From the human T2T-CHM13v2.0 reference genome, Homo sapiens, in assembly GCF_009914755.1 (NCBI RefSeq), contig NC_060933.1: DNA of 64,000 nucleotides; one strand, written 5' to 3'. Positions 56,903 through 64,000 of the stretch are shown here, piece after piece. Under the pieces are notes generated by a model that was not told where the DNA came from, did not search any database, and was given only the letters and a program-made list of their open reading frames with translations. Each line of letters opens with the position of its first letter. Positions within the stretch are counted from its first letter, which is position 1. A program made the position numbers and the translations under genes.

Positions 56903-59298
56903 GATATAGTATACATGTACACACATGTCTATATATCCTATAAAATGTATCTCAGCACTCATTCCAAGGTTACTGTGACCAAAATCCTTAATTATACTAG
57001 CCTATTTGCAAAGAACAATATGATACTTTTAATCATGCCATTTTTCTAGGAAGACTATTCAAGACTTCTCTATTTCAGAAAACTTAAAAGACTAGTTACG
57101 GAACAAGGGCTTACATTTTCTGCAATAAATGTAAGGATTTTATCAGGCATGAAATGTAGTCAGAACAATTTACGGTCCAGTAAAATGTTACTTCAGGCAG
57201 TATTTACAATCAGAACACAGAAGTTACCTAATTCTATGCAGTTGTGAGAAAATCCAGTTAAGATTTTACAAGCAGTGAACACTGCTCCACACTATTCCTC
57301 AAGAAATTCTACATCAAGTCTTTTATTTCATTCACAACTCTTAATTCTAGATCAAATCATTTATACTTTCTATTTAAGTATTTGTGGCATCACTGGTTTA
57401 CTCAGGTTATGCCACCGCTATACTGCATCAAAGGCTTAAATGTCATAAATACAAACGCAATTGTAGATAAAATTCCTCAGACAGAAAAGTAAAACTAGAG
57501 CATTCCAAGAAAGGTATCCTAACCTGTCCATGGTGAGGCAGAAAATAGTTGCTACATATCCAGGAAGAGCTACTAGCTTTAGTTCTATCTTTAATTGTGT
57601 TCAATTAGTGGACAAAAGGTTATTTATGCCATTTTAAGCAGGGAGGCTTTTGAAAGAGCTCTCAAGTATCAGAGGGTTGTGAAACTCTTAAACTTGTGGT
57701 AACTGGGATAGGAAACTCCCCATGGAATCTGTGTTATATATCCCATGTGGCAATAAATACAGGAAACACTTTAATGAAGCATGCAGCTAATGGGGGACTT
57801 TCCATGAAGAGGCAGCAGGTTTTGCAAAGCACACTCTACTCAGTGAGCTTTAAGTCAAAGATTCTTCCAGACTTCCAGAAACTCTACTAGACCATTGCTC
57901 CCTACTGACTGATGAGGCTACGGAACTGTCGAGTTAGGCTTTCTAACTTTATTCTGGGATCATTCACTATTCTAAACAGCACCATTAATACATAAACCTG
58001 GAAACTTCAGAAAGGCAGCAACATAGATTTACATCAATTCATTCTTAATTTAATTGGGATTGTGGAAGATACAATGATGTATATGACCTACTTGCAAGCA
58101 AGCTTACTTTGACTTATAATGCAAGTACACCTGACACTGGCAAGAATGCACCTCAGTTTCTAGACATCAATATTCATGAGTTCAGGGAAGAAAGTCAATT
58201 TTTGCCCAAGACACCCAGATTTCCTATAGCTGAGTGACTGTCAGTACACAGTACATTACATTTAACATCACAAAGTACTTACAAAAAGTAGTCTGACAAA
58301 CAGATAAAGACGGACAAAGGCATGGAGTTAACTTTGAACCACAAAGAGCTCTCCAGGACAGAGCTTATCAGCATGGAAAATAATATTTTAATAATTTCCT
58401 TTTGATATTAAAAATATTAAAAGTTATTTAACTTTTAATTAAATAACAGGGAGAGGTTGGGGCAATGCCATAAAGTCTTTCATATGGTAAATTTTGAAGG
58501 AAGTATAGTCAGCACGAAGCCATAAAATGTTTTTCAGATGAGAAGGCATTTTATAAAAATTGCTGAGGTAGCACCTGCAAGAGACTGAAAGCAGGTGTGT
58601 TTCATGTGTGTTTGATGGGGCCCTATTGACAAGGCTGGCAAATGTTGCTCAGTTTAACTAATTTGAAATCATGATTTTTTTCTCTCTCACTAGGAAAGTA
58701 GAGTGGTGTGGTTCAAAGAGCACTGTAAATAAAATCAGAAGCCCAGGATTTAGTCTATACTCTGCTCCAATTGGTTATCTATCTGTTTCTGTTCAACAAT
58801 TTTACTTGAGTTACAAGTTAAATTTCGAGTACTCCCCTGCCCTCCTCCCCAAAACAAAACCAGCACTCCCTAATACAGAATGGTTTAGGCAAGAGTGCAG
58901 AGCAGAAGTATGACTTAGGATCAACAGGAAATGCGATGTGCCTCCCACAAACACGAATGCTATTGTATGCTTTATTATTATACCTGTAGTATATAGAGGA
59001 AGGCAGGAAATGAACCTGCTTTACTTTTAAGTTGTCATATCGAGATGGAGCATTGCTTTTAGTTGAAGATACCACATTTTATAAGATCCACAAACAAATG
59101 GGACACAATCTGGGAGGAAGGCTTCATGAGTGAAGAAACTAAAAATACTGCAAGGAATGGCAGAAGTTGCATTCAAGTGGGGGCATGCAAGGTTCTGGAA
59201 CATCTAAGCAAGTATCATAACATTTTAGCTAGAGAAATTTGAAGTAACAAGAGGAAGAATACTAACTAAAAACTTTCTCAAGATGGCTTGTGTTAAGA

Positions 59299-59468
59299 CA
59301 GGGGTTCACAAATTACAGGCCACAAACATCTTACTTCTTTTTATTTACAGATTATTTATGTCCTCTTTGCTGCTACAGTAGCAGAGTTAACTAGATGCCA
59401 CACAGATGCCACACATATTTACAGCTGAACATGTTTACAATCTATTTACAGGAAAAGTTTGACTCCTG
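59299..59468. mobile_element. MER58A-like
   Basis: CAGGGGTTCACAAATTACAGGCC...TTTACAGGAAAAGTTTGACTCCTG. Confidence 0.7.
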
Positions 59469-59489
59469 CCTTAAGAAACAGCCAATCCA

Positions 59490-60230
59490 TCAATCATTCA
59501 CTCATGTGTTCATTCATTTAATAAACAGGTTTCAAACATATACAATGTGTCTAAATTGTACCTGGCAACATACAGATAAGAAACAGTCTGTTTCTTAGCC
59601 TACCCACCAATTTCCATAAGGCCACCAGACGCAAGCTAGGTGACCATTAATAGAGGACATCGTAGAGGGGAGTAAATCATTGACTCAATGACTATAAAGG
59701 TTTTTTTTTTTTTTTTTCCAATGGTAAGAGTCTTTAAAATACAATACTTCATGGAGAAAAAGTCCATGAAAAATTGTTTAATGGAAATAGATGGAGAAGT
59801 AGGAGGTGGCAGTCTTCAAGGTACAGAAGAGTCAAGTTCAGTGATCAGAGAATGAAAACCAGACAAGTTGAATAAACATGTAGGGTAGGAGTGAGGAAGT
59901 ACAGTATAGATGTCTGGAAAGATGAGAAACACCATATCGTGGAGGTCATTCAATGTCAAGCTTAATATTTTCTAGGTTATTTGGTAGCTAATAGGAAGCT
60001 ACAAAGTCTTTCTTAAAAGAGATAGTATAAACAAAGTGAAGTTCAGGAAAGATCATTTTGACAGCGATATGTAGGATAGATTGCAGATGGAATATAGAAC
60101 AGCTGCAGTCTAGGCTTAAAATAAGAACACGGAACACTAAGAATTGGATGGGAAGAGAGAAGCAGACATGAATGTGTATTTCACATGAATGAGAAATGCT
60201 AGGTACATAGCAACTCAGGCATATGAGGAA
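59490..60230 (-). mobile_element. L2 fragments
   Basis: (CATT) tail and AGGAAAGATCATTTTGACAGC..GTAGGATAGATTG. Confidence 0.55.
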
Positions 60231-60514
60231 GAAATAAGGAGTAGAGGCTGGGTATAACTACGGGCTTGCCCTTGAGTATGTATTTCTTTCTCAGGTCAGG
60301 AGCTTCCTCTACACAGGGCCCAAAGGAACACAGTAAACACCATTTTGATTTGCATCAATATCCAGTGAAATCCACCATTGGTTGGTAAAAAGTGGTGTCC
60401 TTCAGAAAAGGATCCTTGACAATGACTATTGCTATACAGAATGGGGTTTGGGTTCAGGGAGAAAGCCATCAGTTTTTCCAGAGTCCTAGTGTGGAAGGTA
60501 ACTTCAGAACAGAG

Positions 60515-60563
60515 CAAAAAAAACAAAAAAACAAAAACAAACAAACAAACAAAAACAAAAACA
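60515..60563. repeat. (CAAA/CAAAAA)n simple repeat
   Basis: Direct inspection. Confidence 0.9.
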
Positions 60564-61279
60564 ATTGCAGACTTTTGACTAACATGGTCAAACATGGTAG
60601 AAATAGGGAAAAGCTGTGAGTCTGTGGGTATTTGGGTGCCAGTGGCAGCAAAAATAATTTCAGTCTCCATTGGTTGGTGAGTTTCAGGCTGTTAATATAA
60701 TCATACAGTTTGGAACTGAGTATGGCTACACATGCAGGTAAAAGATCTCAGGAATCACAGCCGCTCATGGAATACAGGACATAATTATAACTATTTGTGT
60801 GGGGAGTTCAACTATGTCTTTGTAATTTAGGCTGGAATGTATATGCCAACACATTTGTATCTTGAATATATAAAACCATATTTGTGTCTGAATCAGCACC
60901 ATCAATAAAAAATACCATATTTTCAAAATGTTTATCTATTTATAAAGTCGCTCCATTATTCTTTGACTATAATCTTGGATTTAAAAGGAAATATTCGCCC
61001 TCTGCCCCTACCTTAACCAATTTTGTCTGATGGAAGTGTTTAGCTTGGAGAAAGGTGGTCTTGTACTGACACTGAAAACATTGACCCAGATGGTCATTTA
61101 TGTCGCACTTCTAACCCGACACTACAATTTGGGGAAGATTTTTGGCCAAATCATTAGAATGCTGCCCTGTGAGTCAATAGGCTTAGGCCACCATTTACAT
61201 TTTGTTTCTTCAGTTTTTTTCTTTTTCTTTTTATATATCCATGGATTCCTGTACACTTTTAATAGCAGCATATTACAAT

Positions 61280-61510
61280 CAGGATATTACAGTGTAAAGA
61301 GCCAAGTCTTTGGATACAGATGGACCTAGGTTGGATCCCAGCACTACTACTTATTAACAGGGAAATATTGAGCTAGTTCTCTACTTTCTCTGAGCCTCTG
61401 TTTCCTTCTCTATTAAATGGGGATAATAATACTTGCCTCAAGGTTTGTTTTGAGAATTAGTGAGGTAACAGACAGTACTTGGCATTTATTAGACACAAAA
61501 TAAATATTCA
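61280..61510 (+). mobile_element. MIR
   Basis: TCTCTGAGCCTCTGTTTCC..TAAATGGGGATAATAAT core. Confidence 0.85.
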
Positions 61511-61994
61511 TTCCATTTCTTCTTTAATACTCTTTGTGATTATTAAGCTATCTCAGCTGGCTGCATTTATATTTATGACATTCAAAATATGAAAGCATTG
61601 TTACAAAATCCCAAATGTCTAGAATTCAGATAAAGATGTTCTCTCATGGAATGATTCACATGGAAAAACTCATTAGATACGTCTTTCCAAAATAATCACA
61701 TTGATAAACTATGTATTAAATGATTTTAGTTAAATACCTACAACACATTGTGGACCATTACTAGGTGCTCATTTATTTTAAGGACAGAAACAATACACAC
61801 AGGGAGAGTTAGCTGAACAGCAATTAAACACATTTCATGTTTCCTGTGTTGTACATCAGCAGTATTTAGAGCAAAGCCTTGAATCTCATGGGGGGCCATT
61901 CACATGCAGTCTGCAGCTCTTCAACACCTAAAATCTTCATACAGGATATTATCATTCAGTTCTATGGGCCACATGGTACATTTCAATAAAAAAC

Positions 61995-62220
61995 ACTAAA
62001 GCATGGTGGTCAAAAATACTTGCTCTGTTTTTAGACAGTTGACATAACTCTTTAACTTGCTGTGTGCTCTTTGGAAAGTTACTTGTCCCCATGATTCATT
62101 TTCTTAATCTGTAAAATGGGGATAGTAATAAATAGTGTTTAACTCCCTGGATTATTGTGAGGATTAAATGAAATACTACCACAAAAGTTCTTGATACATT
62201 GAGATCACTAAATAAATTTT
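61995..62220 (+). mobile_element. MIR
   Basis: ATCTGTAAAATGGGGATAGTAAT..GTGAGGATTAAATGA. Confidence 0.8.
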
Positions 62221-62561
62221 ATCATTTTTTCATACCTGCTTCCAAACAGGATTTGTAGAGATTTATTTCATATAACAAATATATAACAGTTAAAACAATG
62301 TGGACAAAAAGAACAAGGATCCTGTAGTAAAAGGTGGTAAGTGTGGAAGTGAAGTCTTTTACTGTGCTAAGCCCAATCCAGAGCTAAGTCCCCTGAGTCC
62401 ATGTCCCCACTTAAAATTTTTTCATGTATAGCTCCTCATCTGTAGGAAGAAGAATATTCACCCTACAATGCATGCAAGGACCTCCATGGGTGACTTCTGC
62501 CCACGTGGGTTGCTAGCAGCACTCACTCTTTCATTTCTAAAATTGAAACACTATAGATCAC

Positions 62562-62570
<9 letters not shown>

Positions 62571-62601
<31 letters not shown>
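62571..62601. repeat. (TG)n microsatellite
   Basis: Direct inspection. Confidence 0.95.
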
Positions 62602-62605
<4 letters not shown>

Positions 62606-63429
62606 TTCTACGTTTCTGCTCTGCCTCTTGTATATCTGTATATAGTCCCTCTCTATCTGGAATACTTTCTCCTCTGTTTTTAATCTTCCACAAGTGACCA
62701 AACAGTATGAAAAAGGCTTGAGAAAGTCCGTGATCACATTGGAGGAAGGTTTCCAAAAAGGCCAACATGCTGAAGGCAGTAGAGGCTACTGGTGAGGCAG
62801 CAGTTTCTAGAGAGTGGGGAGTCAAACTCCTCAGGGGATCTCTATCTGGAAAGGAAGCAGTCCATACAGAGAAACTCACAGTGCACGAAGCCATAAATAT
62901 ATACAGGAAATTGGAGGTGAGTGAAATCCAGAGGGGTTTGTCACTTCCAAGCCCGAACCACTAAATTAATACTGAATGTTGATTTATGTTAATGACATTT
63001 AGTAATGTAATTCTCTGTAAGAGCATCTGTATAATATTTCAGATATTCCCGGGGGTGCTTAGAGAAGGGGAGTTAGTCGACCATGTAATATTGTGTAAAA
63101 TTAATTAAACAGAGATTTTAATATAAGGAAGCTCTGAATTGGAAAATACATCTGTTTTGTATATGCACTTTTTTCCACCTCACCTGCAGTGCTTAGGTTT
63201 GCATAGAATCCCTGTGTTAAAAGAATCTGGGGTAGAGAAACCTATGATCTTATGCTAATACAGAAAATAAAGTTATAAGGCTTGAGGGCAGGATTACAGC
63301 TATGAAAGTCATTTACATATGTTCATTTTCACTAAAATAAAACATTACACAATACAACATATGTGAACATCTATAAATATTAAATTAGTGATAAATATTA
63401 CTATATTACTGATCTCTATCATAATAGTT

Positions 63430-63780
63430 ATTTATTTTAGACAATTTGAAAATTGCATTTAGACAATTACAGATTTTTAATAATATAATGAGCAAACCTG
63501 CCACTCAAAACAAAAACTAGGAAGTTGACCCTATGCTCCTCTATAACTCCAAACACATAATCCCCCTCAATCCATCACCTCAGGCAACCAATACTCTGAA
63601 TTCCACATTTATCACTCCCTTCTTTTCCATGTTATGCACTATATATATATATATATATATATGCCTGTGTATGTGTGATTTTTTAACTTAAAAAAGGTAA
63701 TAATGTTGTATGTAATCATTTGGACATTTTTTCAGTTAACATTTTATTGTAGTTATTGATATGTTTTGATATACTTCATT
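63430..63780 (-). mobile_element. L1ME-type 3' fragment containing (TA)n
   Basis: GGCAACCAATACTCTGAATT, GTATGTAATCATTTGGAC..TTAACATT. Confidence 0.5.
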
Positions 63781-64000
63781 TTAGTTTATTATTTCAATTT
63801 TGTCTCATTTTCTATACCTTTCAGTAATAATTGTCTACCCTTTTTCCCACTATTTTTAAAACAAACACTTCAGCACACATCACATTCATTGAATTTCACT
63901 CCTCAAATACGTCTGTCATGTTGGCATTATCATTCTAGACTTTTAATTCTGTGTTAGTGCTTTCTCTTTTCTTTGCTCTTAGCAATATTTATAACAGTTT

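Noticed and set aside
56411-57049. 212-aa ORF, the longest non-L1 ORF
   Set aside because: Starts at TTG, spans a non-coding Tigger2a MITE, no recognisable domain; chance open frame.

Overview
AT-rich, CpG-poor primate (human-like) genomic DNA with no supportable host protein-coding exon, RNA gene or CpG island; it reads as intergenic or deep intronic sequence dominated by transposable elements. The centrepiece is a full-length ~6.03 kb L1PA2-type LINE-1 (27461-33488, +) with a 15-16 bp target-site duplication (TSD) and an intact ORF1. Its ORF2 is disabled by a 1-bp deletion in the endonuclease domain plus an FADD>FADE change in the RT motif, and its antisense ORF0 is open and extended to 102 aa. 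Other elements: six Alus, a MER41B solo LTR, two THE1 elements (one nested in an ERV1 LTR, one 5'-truncated with internal sequence), MLT1/MST LTRs, an ERVL (HERV16-like) integrase/dUTPase relic with LTR16, DNA transposons (MADE1, MER113, MER44, Tigger2a, MER58, MER5, MER96-like), older L1, L2, MIR and CR1 fragments, and microsatellites. I found no convincing new biological system. Best leads: an orphan diverged ~80-bp duplication (9989/11179), a paired NF-kB/STAT/CEBP motif cluster in unique DNA (~57.7 kb), altered STAT sites in MER41B, a MADE1 hairpin, an inverted orphan MER44 fragment, and a possible L1 antisense-promoter transcript. Repeat family names come from recalled consensus sequences, not a database search; old-repeat boundaries are approximate.
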